From Bacteroidota bacterium (lineage in GTDB: Bacteria > Bacteroidota > Ignavibacteria > UBA10030 > SZUA-254), in the NCBI GenBank assembly GCA_035518715.1, contig DATIXJ010000015.1, positions 65,445 through 129,444 of the forward strand: a stretch of DNA of 64,000 nt, in the 5' to 3' direction. The notes under the pieces are model-generated. The model was given only the letters and a program-made list of their open reading frames with translations. It was not told the origin of the DNA and made no database searches. The translations under genes were made by a program, and so were the position numbers. Positions 17,947 to 27,829 of the stretch are shown piece after piece; the first letter of the stretch is position 1; every line of letters begins with the position of its first letter.

Positions 17947-20142
17947 ATGAAGACGTGCCTCTTGATAATCCTGGTCTGCTCGAGTTCTTGCCTCGCTGTC
18001 CACGCACAGGAGAAGGAACCGATGAGCATCGGGGGAATGGTGGTGAATGCAGAGGACCATCTGCCGATCATTGGCGCGAATGTTACCATCTCCGGCACCG
18101 TGCTGGGAACAGTGACGGATGCGAACGGCAAATTCATCATCCGGAGAGCTCCTTCAGGAAACCAGACTCTGGTTGTTTCCATTATCGGGTTTCGACGGAA
18201 AGAGGTCCGTTACTCGACTGCGGATTCAAATCACGAAAGGATAAGGATCGAACTTGAACCAATGGCAATCCAGACTGAGCCCGTTGTGGTTACGGCAAGC
18301 AAGAGAGAAGAGAGTCTGGAGGAAGTTCCTGCAAGTGTGAGCGTGATCGACAGCCGCGCGCTTGAATACCGGAATACGGTGACGGTCGATGACGCGCTGA
18401 AGTACGTTCCGGGAGTCAATATCACGCGGGGACAGGTAAATCTCCGCGGCTCGACGGGATTCAGCTATGGGGTAGGCACGAGAGTGCTCATCCTGATTGA
18501 TGGACTGCCTTTCATCACGGGAGATACCGGCGAAATCATATGGGAGAGTATCCCACCGGATCAGATCGAGCGGATCGAGGTGGTCAAAGGGGCAGGTTCC
18601 GCTCTCTACGGATCGAGCGCTCTTGGTGGAGTCATCAATATCATCACAAAGCAGGCGACGGAACAGCCGGATACCCGAATCCGGACCTATGGTGGAATGT
18701 ACGATCAGCCGAAATATGCATCATGGCAGTGGACGACCAGCGCCCGCACGCTCGGCGGCTTGTCGCTTTCCCATGCTGAGCGATTCGAAAATCTTTCGCT
18801 AGTCATCGGCGGGAGCCGCACGGAGGACGACGGGTACAAGGAGAATGATTTTTGGAAACGATGGAACGGCTGGGCTCGGGTAGGATATGACATCTCTCCG
18901 TTCCAGTCGGTCTCCGTATCGTTCAGCATACTCGATCAGTATCGCGGCAATTTTCTCTACTGGGTAGACCTTGATTCCGCGCTTATTCCACAACCGAGTC
19001 ACCTGAACGATCGTATCCAGTCAACCCGCTGGAATCTGAGCGCTCGCCACAAGTACTTTGTCACTGCCGATTTTTATCTGACCACCAGCGTGAGCTGGTT
19101 TCATACTCACTGGGACGATAATCTTCCCACTCCGACCGATTCGCTCGGAAGCTCTTCCAAATCCGATTTCATCACTTCTGAAATCCAGCTCAATTTCCAG
19201 CCGGATCAGAGTCAGTTCATTACTGCGGGAATATCCGGAACATATAACGACGTTTTTGCAGAGACAATTTTTGGAGATCATCTTGGACACGCGGGAGCGG
19301 CATATCTGCAGGACGAGGTAAAACTTGCCGAACAGATTCGTCTTACGGTTGGAGGAAGATACGATATCCAGACAATCTCGGGCCTGCAGACTGCAAACCA
19401 GTTCAATCCAAAACTCGGAATCGGGTACACTCCCGTTGCGGGAACTTCGCTTCGCGCCTCGGTGGGCCGCGGCTTCCGTTCACCTTCGATCGCGGAAATC
19501 TATACGAATACCGAGGCCGGAGGCGTGATCATTTCACCCAATCCTAATCTCCAGCCCGAACGGAGCTGGTCGTATGAGGTCGGGGGCTCACACTCGTTCT
19601 CGGATGCCCTGCTAATCGACTGCTCGTTATTTCGCAACGAGCTCTGGGATATGATCGAACCGTCGTTCGGCGAAACCGGAACGGTTCAGTTTCAGAATGT
19701 CACGCGCGCACGTATCACCGGCATCGAACTTTCGGGATCGTACAATCTCGCACGGCGCTGGTTTACCGATCTTGGCTACACGTATGTTTCACCGCTCGAT
19801 GTGGAGACCGGCGATATCCTGAAGTACCGCCCGAGAATCCTCTTCTATGCTTCCAGCAGAATTCTCATCGAGCCATTTCAATTCGGGATTGATTACCGCC
19901 ACATCAGCGAAATGGAACGTATCGACCAGGAATTTGTGCAGTTCGGCATTGTCCCGGACGGTGACCAGCGTATCCCGGTTTCAGTCTGTGATGTCCGCGT
20001 GCGTGTCGATTGGGATTTGGCGGGAATCGGCATGGCGACATCTCTTCAGGTGAATAATCTGTTCCAATACTATTACACGGACTTTATCGGAAATCTCGGC
20101 CCGCTGAGGTCGTTCGTCTTAACACTGGAAGCAAGACCGTAA
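17947..20142 (+). CDS. TonB-dependent receptor with N-terminal carboxypeptidase-regulatory-like domain
   Basis: Signal peptide. CarboxypepD_reg-like GANVTISGTVLGTVTDANGKF. Plug region VVTASKREESLEEVPASVSVI...DALKYVPGVN. Long beta-barrel. Confidence 0.88.
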   Translation: MKTCLLIILVCSSSCLAVHAQEKEPMSIGGMVVNAEDHLPIIGANVTISGTVLGTVTDANGKFIIRRAPSGNQTLVVSIIGFRRKEVRYSTADSNHERIRIELEPMAIQTEPVVVTASKREESLEEVPASVSVIDSRALEYRNTVTVDDALKYVPGVNITRGQVNLRGSTGFSYGVGTRVLILIDGLPFITGDTGEIIWESIPPDQIERIEVVKGAGSALYGSSALGGVINIITKQATEQPDTRIRTYGGMYDQPKYASWQWTTSARTLGGLSLSHAERFENLSLVIGGSRTEDDGYKENDFWKRWNGWARVGYDISPFQSVSVSFSILDQYRGNFLYWVDLDSALIPQPSHLNDRIQSTRWNLSARHKYFVTADFYLTTSVSWFHTHWDDNLPTPTDSLGSSSKSDFITSEIQLNFQPDQSQFITAGISGTYNDVFAETIFGDHLGHAGAAYLQDEVKLAEQIRLTVGGRYDIQTISGLQTANQFNPKLGIGYTPVAGTSLRASVGRGFRSPSIAEIYTNTEAGGVIISPNPNLQPERSWSYEVGGSHSFSDALLIDCSLFRNELWDMIEPSFGETGTVQFQNVTRARITGIELSGSYNLARRWFTDLGYTYVSPLDVETGDILKYRPRILFYASSRILIEPFQFGIDYRHISEMERIDQEFVQFGIVPDGDQRIPVSVCDVRVRVDWDLAGIGMATSLQVNNLFQYYYTDFIGNLGPLRSFVLTLEARP

Positions 20143-21299
20143 TGGCGTTGTCGTGTCTCCATTTTTGCACATCGGATGCGTGGGGCGGGCTCGAATTGTA
20201 TTCGTGTACAGTGATGAAGGAACTCAAGGCCGCCGGTTGCTCAGTCATTGCGGTCTGCAGACCTCACTCAAAAATCGAACAGGTTCTCAAGGACGCGGGT
20301 ATTGTAACCTGCAATCTTCCGGCCGACCGGACGTTCTCCCTCCGGTCGCTCCGCGCTGTTGAGGACATCCTTCGTGAGCGGTCTGTCGATGTACTTCATG
20401 TTCACTTTCACAGGGATATCTGGCCCGCCTCTCTTGCTCTCAGGCGTGACGTGAACCGGAGGTTGTTCCTCAGTATCTATATGGGTGTCCCGAGGAAGAA
20501 CGATCTGCTCCATCGGTATATCTATCGCCGGGTCGACGGCGTGTTCACATCATCCCGTGAACTCAATCGCCGTCTCCCCGATCTTTACCCGGTTGCGTCT
20601 GAGAAAATCCATTACCTTCCCTATGGAAGGGATGTAAGAACCTATGCGCGGGATGATGAAAAACGCGTGAGGATTCGAGCACAATTTGGTGTGAATGCCG
20701 ATGAGATGCTTGTCGGCACGATGGTGCGGATCGATCCCGGAAAAAGCGTCTTGGATTTTGCACGCAGTTATTTGTATATTGATGAGACGGCGCGCCGGCG
20801 GGTGAAGTACCTCATCGTCGGAGAACCGACACGCAAGGGATATGTGCGCGATCATGAATCTCCTTTCGAACCACACTGTGAAGCCTATCTGCAGGAACTT
20901 CGGAATTTTATTGATACAGAGGGAATTCGCGACAGGATTTTACTCGCCGGATTCCAGAGCGATCTCATAGGGTACCTGAGCGCAATGGATGTTTTTGTTT
21001 TTCCGAGCAGGGATGAACTTTATTCGCTTGCGGTGCTGGACGCGATGGGCATGGGGCTGCCCGTAGTTGCCGCGCGAGCGGGTGGTACCGTCGATCAGGT
21101 CGAGGAAGGCAGGAGCGGCGAGTTCTATGGGGTTGGAAACAGTGCCGAAGCTGCAGAGAAAATATCCTTGTACCTTTCGCACCCCGACCTGCGTGCTCAA
21201 CAGGGGGCCAACGGCAGAGAGTTTGTCCTGCAAAACCACGATATGAAGACTACGATTAACCAGCTTCTCGGATTTTATCAGAGACCGCGGGCGCGTTGA
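20142..21299 (+). CDS. glycosyltransferase family 4 (GT-B)
   Basis: C-terminal E-x7-E region FVFPSRDELYSLAVLDAMGMGLPVVA. Its ATG overlaps the TAA of the upstream receptor gene (TAATG). Confidence 0.85.
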   Translation: MALSCLHFCTSDAWGGLELYSCTVMKELKAAGCSVIAVCRPHSKIEQVLKDAGIVTCNLPADRTFSLRSLRAVEDILRERSVDVLHVHFHRDIWPASLALRRDVNRRLFLSIYMGVPRKNDLLHRYIYRRVDGVFTSSRELNRRLPDLYPVASEKIHYLPYGRDVRTYARDDEKRVRIRAQFGVNADEMLVGTMVRIDPGKSVLDFARSYLYIDETARRRVKYLIVGEPTRKGYVRDHESPFEPHCEAYLQELRNFIDTEGIRDRILLAGFQSDLIGYLSAMDVFVFPSRDELYSLAVLDAMGMGLPVVAARAGGTVDQVEEGRSGEFYGVGNSAEAAEKISLYLSHPDLRAQQGANGREFVLQNHDMKTTINQLLGFYQRPRAR

Positions 21300-21304
21300 G
21301 CGAC

Positions 21305-22438
21305 ATGGGCATTCCCTTTCATAAACCGTATATTGGCGAGCGTACAATCGACCATCTCAGGAAGGTCCTTGCCTCGGGAAAGCTGGGCGGTGATGGTCCT
21401 GTAGGCAATTCCGTCGAGGAACGATTGACGTCACTTTTCGGAATGAAGCACGCTTTGCTGACGACCTCCTGCACACATGCGCTCGAAACGGCAATGCTGA
21501 CGCTCGATCTGCAACCGGGAGATGAAGTGATCATGCCCAGCTTTACGTTCGTGTCAACGGCGAATGCGGTGCTCAGGGCAGGAGGACGGCCGATATTTTG
21601 TGAAATCAGCGACCTGACCATGACGATGGATCCCCGCGACCTCGAGCGCCGAAGGACGCAGCGGACAAAGGGAGTCGTTCCCGTCCATTACGCCGGCGTC
21701 TCAGCACCTATGGATGAGATTGTGCAGATTGCACGGGCCGGAAATTTTTCTGTCGTTGAAGATGCAGCTCAGGGCGTGAATGCCCGTTATAAAGGGAGAT
21801 ATCTCGGCACGATCGGTGACTGCGGAGCGTACAGTTTTCATGAAACGAAAAATTACATGAGCGGAGAAGGCGGGGCGTTCGTTACGAACAGCGAAGAAAT
21901 TGCCCGGAAGGCCGAGATCATACGGGAGAAGGGAACGAATCGCTCAAATTTTCTGAGAGGAGAGGTCGATAAATACACCTGGGTCGGGATCGGGAGCAGT
22001 TTCGTGCAGTCCGAGGTGCTGGCGGCTATTCTCATGAGCCAGCTCGATGATCTCGATGCGATTCAAAGAAAACGAATGCACATTCACGAACTGTATGTGC
22101 ATGAACTTCGGGAACTTGAACAGCGTGAACTCCTCCGTCTTCCGGTCATCCCGGAGTATGCTTCCTCCAATTACCACATCTTCTATATTCTGTTGAGATC
22201 GGAAGAGGAACGTATTCGCGTGATGGGAAAACTGAAGGAAGAAGGGATCTCCACGACATTCCACTACGTTCCGCTTCATTCCTCACCCTATGCCCGAAAG
22301 AATCTCGGGACCAATGATCTCCGGCTTCCCGTTACGGACTCGGTATTTGCCCGCCTTCTTCGACTTCCGCTCTACCCGGATCTCGGGGATGGGGAGATAT
22401 CCTATATCGCGGAAAAGCTCAAAGCGATCCTGCACTGA
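21305..22438 (+). CDS. wecE: DegT/DnrJ/EryC1/StrS-family sugar aminotransferase (WecE/RffA-like)
   Basis: SFTFVSTANA, EDAAQG, and SFHETKN (PLP Lys) closely resemble dTDP-4-amino-4,6-dideoxygalactose transaminase. Start is the ATG at 21305 inside ORF 21296..22438. Confidence 0.8.
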   Translation: MGIPFHKPYIGERTIDHLRKVLASGKLGGDGPVGNSVEERLTSLFGMKHALLTTSCTHALETAMLTLDLQPGDEVIMPSFTFVSTANAVLRAGGRPIFCEISDLTMTMDPRDLERRRTQRTKGVVPVHYAGVSAPMDEIVQIARAGNFSVVEDAAQGVNARYKGRYLGTIGDCGAYSFHETKNYMSGEGGAFVTNSEEIARKAEIIREKGTNRSNFLRGEVDKYTWVGIGSSFVQSEVLAAILMSQLDDLDAIQRKRMHIHELYVHELRELEQRELLRLPVIPEYASSNYHIFYILLRSEEERIRVMGKLKEEGISTTFHYVPLHSSPYARKNLGTNDLRLPVTDSVFARLLRLPLYPDLGDGEISYIAEKLKAILH

Positions 22439-22456
22439 ATCAGACGCACTCAGGTT

Positions 22457-23875
22457 ATGTTTATCGAATCTCACGCACATCTGTACTCGGAGGAATTCGC
22501 ATCGGATCTCGCGGCAGTTCTCGACCGTGCCCGGGCCGCGGGTGTCGATAAGATTGTTGTCCCTGGGACTGATCTTCCTACAAGCCGCCAGGCGATACTC
22601 CTTGCGGACAGCTATCCGATGATTTATGCGGCAGTCGGCATCCATCCTCACGAAGCGTCGAAAGCGGAGAGTGTGGATATGGATGAAATCGAAAAACTCA
22701 GCGAGCATCCCCGGGTGGTTGGGATCGGCGAGATCGGCCTCGACTACCACTATGATTTCTCTCCTCCGGAGCGGCAACAGGAGATCTTCTCCGCGCAGAT
22801 CGACCTTGCAATTCGCCGTGACCTGCCGATCATTATACACTGCCGCGAAGCTGAAGACGACGTACTCCGGATCGTGGGGGAAAAGGTCGCACGGAATTCT
22901 GGATGGAGATCGAGGCACGCCCGGGATTTTGACCGTTACCCGCCGCCGCGCGGAGTATTTCATTGCTTCTCGGGCGATTCGGAGATGGCGCGAAAAGTCA
23001 TCGACTGGGGATTCTTCATTTCCTTCCCAGGGCCGGTGACGTATCCGTCAAAACCTTCAAAGACTAACACCATGGCGGGAGTTGCAACGCGGATTTCCGC
23101 CGAACACGTTCTTCTTGAGACCGATTGTCCCTATCTTGCACCCGTTCCTCTTCGCGGCAAAAGGAACGAGCCGGCAAATATTCCGCTGATTGCCGGCAAG
23201 ATCGCGGAGCTCCAGGGACTCTCCATCGAGGATATCGCGCGAACGAGCAATCTCGCGGCGTACAAGGTATTCGGAATCGGATCGATGCCGGATCCCGTCA
23301 TTGCGTACACCATCCGTGATTCACTATACCTGAACATCACTCTCCGATGCAACGCTGATTGTGTTTTCTGTGACCGGAAAGGGGAGGCTATTGTCAAGGG
23401 GCACAATCTCCGGATCACGCGGGAACCGGACACCGCTGAGATCACACGCGCAATCGGGGATCCGCAGAAGTATGAAGAAATCGTGTTCTGCGGATATGGT
23501 GAACCGACGATCCGGTTGGATGTCCTCAAGGAAGTTTCGGGATGGGTGAAGTCAAAAGGCGGAAGGGTTCGACTGAATACCGACGGCCACGGGAACGTCA
23601 TCAATCACCGCAATATTGTTCCGGAGCTTGCGGGATTGGTCGACTCGATTTCCATCAGTTTGAATGCGATTGATCCAAAACGCTACGGCGAACTCATGCG
23701 CATTGACGGGGAGCGGATGTTTCCTGCGATGGTGGAGTTTGCATCCGAGTGCGTACAACATGGGTTCGATGTTACCATGACCATCGTCGATTTGAACGAT
23801 GGAGAAGAGGAAAAGGCAAAGGCATTTGTTGAAAAGAGAATAGGTGCAAAATTCAGAAGTCGCATTCTCTTTTAG
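22457..23875 (+). CDS. fusion protein: TatD-family metal-dependent hydrolase (N) + small radical-SAM domain (C)
   Basis: TatD motifs: ESHAHL, GIHPHEA, GEIGLDYHYD, IIHCREA, FHCFSG, LETDCPYL. The C-terminal ~190 aa carry CNADCVFC (CxxxCxxC, nt 23348-23371) and FCGYGEPT (GGE-like SAM motif). Confidence 0.85.
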   Translation: MFIESHAHLYSEEFASDLAAVLDRARAAGVDKIVVPGTDLPTSRQAILLADSYPMIYAAVGIHPHEASKAESVDMDEIEKLSEHPRVVGIGEIGLDYHYDFSPPERQQEIFSAQIDLAIRRDLPIIIHCREAEDDVLRIVGEKVARNSGWRSRHARDFDRYPPPRGVFHCFSGDSEMARKVIDWGFFISFPGPVTYPSKPSKTNTMAGVATRISAEHVLLETDCPYLAPVPLRGKRNEPANIPLIAGKIAELQGLSIEDIARTSNLAAYKVFGIGSMPDPVIAYTIRDSLYLNITLRCNADCVFCDRKGEAIVKGHNLRITREPDTAEITRAIGDPQKYEEIVFCGYGEPTIRLDVLKEVSGWVKSKGGRVRLNTDGHGNVINHRNIVPELAGLVDSISISLNAIDPKRYGELMRIDGERMFPAMVEFASECVQHGFDVTMTIVDLNDGEEEKAKAFVEKRIGAKFRSRILF

Positions 23876-23885
23876 GGAGATATCC

Positions 23886-26009
23886 ATGAAAGCGGTAACC
23901 CTCACTCTGGCCATACTTGTTGCTGTCTCATTTACACATTCCCAAATCCCTCCGGAAATCAAATCAAAGCTTGAAGTAATCCTCGAAGATCAGGACCGCA
24001 GGATGGTTGGCGACGGGAAACTCACAAGTCTCTTTGATGATCTGAGCCCGATTGTCAGGGAACGCGTCACTGAAGCGTTCGGCAGTATCCAGGATACAAC
24101 GGTAATCGGCCAATTGGTTGACCGGTTCACTTTTGATGCCGACGACCGTGTCCGGTATGCCGCGGCATTTGCGATAGGGCAGACCGCAGGGCAAATGTCG
24201 CAGCCCGGTAGGCAGAAGCTGAGTCATGAGATCATTTGGGTTCGTCTTGAACGAATGACAGCAGGCGGATCGGGGGCGGACAGCTCGAGTGACCGGATGA
24301 TCGAAGAGATCGGTAAGTTTGGCACCCATCAGGCATTGAACGACCTGGTTCTGAAATATGGGAATATTTATCCACCGGTTCACCAGCAGGCCCTTGTTAT
24401 GGGGCTCGCGAGATTTGCCATCCGCGGAATCTCAACGTCAGAAGGGACACAATATCTGATCAAGCTTATCAAGCCGTACGATCAGGCAGACTGGCGCATT
24501 GTCTATGCGCTGCAGCGGATCGGAGAGCGGGAAGAAATCCGGAGTGAGCTTGAAAATGTCGCATTGTTGTATCAGCATGCTGATCCCCTTGTTCGCATGA
24601 ATCTTGCCACGTTGCTCGGCAAGGTGAAGGATGAGAGGATTTGTTTGCCTCCTCTTGCCCGGCTGGCAGAGTTCGATGCCGACTGGCGTGTCCAGGTGAA
24701 TGCTCTCAGAGCTCTGGCAAACTACGACCTCCGCGATCATCCGGACATTGTTGATATGTTCCGGCGTTTATTCCTTTCCGGGAATCCGTACCTTGCGCTT
24801 ACTGCACTCTCCTCCTTTGGAAATCTCCATCTTCCCGATCGAAGCTCCGCACCGGAAATAGAGAATGCTTTTGCTCAACTCGAACGCATTGCGATAAATC
24901 AGGGAAACGGATACCTCTGGCAACTGCAGGGGGAAGCAATGCTGGCGATGGCAAAACTCGAGGGACCAGCGGCCGTCGGGCGGATCAGTGTTGCGGATAA
25001 ATCTCAACGGGGGCTCCAGGGGCAACTTCTCCAGGCATTAGGATATTCGGGCTCAAAAAATGCGCTCGGGCCGCTTCTTGCTTATGCCGGCGGAAACGAT
25101 GTCTTCCTGGCGTGCGCCGCGCTCGAAGGCCTCGGAGTACTTGGTCATGCCATTGGCAAAGATTCTGCCTCGATCAGGCAGATTTCCGAAGCTGCTCTTC
25201 ACTCGTTACAGTCGCAGGATGTCGCCCGTGTCGCGACTGCGGCGTCGCTGCTTGGCGATTCCCTCTTTCTGAAATCGTCATCTCTTCCGGCGCTTGTCAG
25301 AGCACTGGACGAGTCACGCGTTCCGGACGATGTCGAAGCCATCCAGGCGCTCTGTGAAACGCTCGGCAAGCTGGGAGACTCCCGAGCCATCGGTCCGTTG
25401 CGTCATCAGCTTGGACAAAAGGATCGTTCGGTCGTTTCCGCTGCGTCCAACGCCCTCAACGCCATTACGGGAAAATCGTACGCTGAAGAGATTCCGGCGT
25501 ACTTCGAACCGCTCTACAAGGATTTCGATTACGACTATCTCCATGGGTTGAGGGATTCTCTCTGTGGCAGGGGCGTTTCAGACACAATTTGCGCGAGGAT
25601 CGAAACCTCACGGGGAACCATCAACATCGAAATGTACAAGAATGTCGCTCCCTTCACGGTGATGAGCATCGTCAAGCTTGCAACCCGACGCGGATTCTAC
25701 CGGGGCCTGACATTTCACCGCATAGTACCGAATTTTGTCGTTCAGGGAGGTGATCCGCGCGGTGACGGATGGGGTGGACCGGGATATTCAATCCGATCCG
25801 AGTTTTCACTACTTCATTATGATACGGGAATGCTCGGTATAGCGAGTTCGGGGAAGGATACCGAAGGGTCGCAGTTCTTCATCACGCAATCACCTCAGCC
25901 GCATCTGGACGGCCGCTATACCATCTTCGGAAAAGTTGTCTCCGGAATGGATGTGGTCAACGCATTGCAGCTTGATGACCACATGTATGACCTGAAGATT
26001 CTTCCCTGA
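23886..26009 (+). CDS. exported HEAT-repeat protein fused to a C-terminal cyclophilin-type peptidyl-prolyl isomerase
   Basis: Signal peptide MKAVTLTLAILVAVSF. Repeated DxxVR..A..ALG HEAT/PBS-lyase-like units. C-terminal FHRIVPNFVVQGGDP...SSGKDTEGSQFFIT. Confidence 0.85.
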   Translation: MKAVTLTLAILVAVSFTHSQIPPEIKSKLEVILEDQDRRMVGDGKLTSLFDDLSPIVRERVTEAFGSIQDTTVIGQLVDRFTFDADDRVRYAAAFAIGQTAGQMSQPGRQKLSHEIIWVRLERMTAGGSGADSSSDRMIEEIGKFGTHQALNDLVLKYGNIYPPVHQQALVMGLARFAIRGISTSEGTQYLIKLIKPYDQADWRIVYALQRIGEREEIRSELENVALLYQHADPLVRMNLATLLGKVKDERICLPPLARLAEFDADWRVQVNALRALANYDLRDHPDIVDMFRRLFLSGNPYLALTALSSFGNLHLPDRSSAPEIENAFAQLERIAINQGNGYLWQLQGEAMLAMAKLEGPAAVGRISVADKSQRGLQGQLLQALGYSGSKNALGPLLAYAGGNDVFLACAALEGLGVLGHAIGKDSASIRQISEAALHSLQSQDVARVATAASLLGDSLFLKSSSLPALVRALDESRVPDDVEAIQALCETLGKLGDSRAIGPLRHQLGQKDRSVVSAASNALNAITGKSYAEEIPAYFEPLYKDFDYDYLHGLRDSLCGRGVSDTICARIETSRGTINIEMYKNVAPFTVMSIVKLATRRGFYRGLTFHRIVPNFVVQGGDPRGDGWGGPGYSIRSEFSLLHYDTGMLGIASSGKDTEGSQFFITQSPQPHLDGRYTIFGKVVSGMDVVNALQLDDHMYDLKILP

Positions 26010-26013
26010 TGCT

Positions 26014-26928
26014 TCAGTTCGATTTACTCTTGAGGTTCTCGTACGTTTGGATGTGCATCGGGTCGATCTGTTCCAGCTTGTCAAAAATACCTTCCTCCTG
26101 ATCTCCCGTAAACTTGTCGGCAATTTCCAGATACTTCGTATCGAAAAAAGTCCTGACGAGAAGCACCGGCTGGTTGACTTTTTTCTGGAATTTTGCTAGC
26201 TTTTCAATCGCGGAGAAGATGTTGCTTCTTGCCTTCCCTTCATCCTTGTAATACAAATCAAGTCCGTGGTAGTGGTACCGGTAAATTTCGTCGCGCACCG
26301 GCTGGAATTTCGGGTTCGTCAGTTCTTCGATGAGCTGGCCACGCGTGTATGTCGACTGTGACGTAACATCCCAGCCGCTTCCGATCTGACCGGAACCAAT
26401 CGCACGGTTTGTAATGTCCTTTGCCTTCTGAAAATACTCCGTTGCTTTTCCTCCCTCGTGCGTATCCTTGTACGTGTCGGCATCATACCCGAGAATGATG
26501 TACGCGTAGAAATCAAAAAAACTCAGCAGTGGATCAAAATGCGAGTCGACATGGGTCATCGCTTGAGTCCGGGTGTAATCGAATTCCCACTTATCATCGA
26601 GGATTCTGAGGACGGCGGTGTTCTGATTCATTTTGAAGACCGGTCGCTGGCTGCCGATGAATGCTTTTGCCACGTAATGATTCGGAGACGTCATTCCGAG
26701 GAACGCAATATTTATTGAGCAATGGATCTTGTCATTGCCGAAGTCATCTTTTGTCCACCGGTAGCCATTGAAGTAGTCTTTGACCTGAGATTCAAAATTG
26801 GCAAGATTCTCCTTCGCTTCAGTGGTCAACTGGCTCGTTGTAATCGTGACGTCACAATCGAGTTCCTGGGAAAGGACACACGCGGGAAGAACCAAGGTGA
26901 GTATCGTGAGCGCTATGCGTGGAATCAT
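26014..26928 (-). CDS. DUF4835-family protein (PorD-like, type IX secretion associated)
   Basis: Signal peptide then QELDCDVTI..., IHCSINI, GSQRPVF, FYAYIILGYDADTY and LVRTFFDTKYLEI. This matches the conserved DUF4835 pattern as I recall it. Confidence 0.7.
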   Translation of the reverse strand: MIPRIALTILTLVLPACVLSQELDCDVTITTSQLTTEAKENLANFESQVKDYFNGYRWTKDDFGNDKIHCSINIAFLGMTSPNHYVAKAFIGSQRPVFKMNQNTAVLRILDDKWEFDYTRTQAMTHVDSHFDPLLSFFDFYAYIILGYDADTYKDTHEGGKATEYFQKAKDITNRAIGSGQIGSGWDVTSQSTYTRGQLIEELTNPKFQPVRDEIYRYHYHGLDLYYKDEGKARSNIFSAIEKLAKFQKKVNQPVLLVRTFFDTKYLEIADKFTGDQEEGIFDKLEQIDPMHIQTYENLKSKSN

Positions 26929-27020
26929 GAAGAGGTCTCCACAAATTTCTGATTAACAACAATATAGACAAATGCTCTATGATGCACAAGTAACCAGGAC
27001 ATCCAAAATGGGAGGAAATT

Positions 27021-27821
27021 ATGCGTTTTATTCTTTGGTTGATGGTGCTGATACCAGCCCGCCTTGTCGGCGGGTTCGAGTTCACGCCGATGGGAGCGCG
27101 GCCGGCTGCGATGGGGGGCGCCTATACCGCATCGGGTGAAGACGCGTGGGTGTTATTCAGTAATCCTGCCGGACTCGCCCACAACACGTCATTCAATATC
27201 TCTCTCTTTAGTTCACCGGCACCGTATGGCCTGCCGGAGCTGTCGACATCCGGTCTTGCTGTTGCATTTCATCCCGGCGCAGGAACGATCGGAGCGGGTG
27301 TGCGTCGATACGGATTTTCCCTCTACCACGAACTCTCCGGCGGAATTTCCTACGCCCGGTCGATCGACCCCGTAGCGCTCGGATTCACGCTCACCTGCTA
27401 CAACGTATCGATCCAGAATTACGGAAGCGCATCGACCCTGGGGATAGATGCCGGTCTGCTTGTTTCGCTCTCGGAACATGTTCGTTGGGGAATGGCGTTC
27501 CTCAATGTCAACGCCGCTACCATTGGCGCTTCACACGAACCGCTTCCGCGCAGATTCTCCGCAGGATTTTCCTACCAACCTGCCGGAAGGTCCTCGTTCT
27601 TCTGTGATATGGTGAAAGACTCGGGGTTTGATGCGGATCTTCGCGCCGGATTCGAATATTGGATCGTTGATGCCTTCGCGATCAGAGCGGGAATGAAGAA
27701 CGAACCATCAGAGATATCCGGTGGGGTTGGTGTGCGCTGGGGTTCGCTCGAAGTTGATTACACCTACGTCTCGCACGCGGATCTGGGTGGATCCCATCTT
27801 GCATCAATCACTTTCCGGTAG
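27021..27821 (+). CDS. outer-membrane beta-barrel protein, PorV/PorQ-like
   Basis: N-terminal MGARPAAMGGAYTA..DAWVLFSNPAGLA signature, alternating beta-strand pattern, and a C-terminal ...ASITFR. Confidence 0.45.
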   Translation: MRFILWLMVLIPARLVGGFEFTPMGARPAAMGGAYTASGEDAWVLFSNPAGLAHNTSFNISLFSSPAPYGLPELSTSGLAVAFHPGAGTIGAGVRRYGFSLYHELSGGISYARSIDPVALGFTLTCYNVSIQNYGSASTLGIDAGLLVSLSEHVRWGMAFLNVNAATIGASHEPLPRRFSAGFSYQPAGRSSFFCDMVKDSGFDADLRAGFEYWIVDAFAIRAGMKNEPSEISGGVGVRWGSLEVDYTYVSHADLGGSHLASITFR

Positions 27822-27829
27822 GAGGGAAT

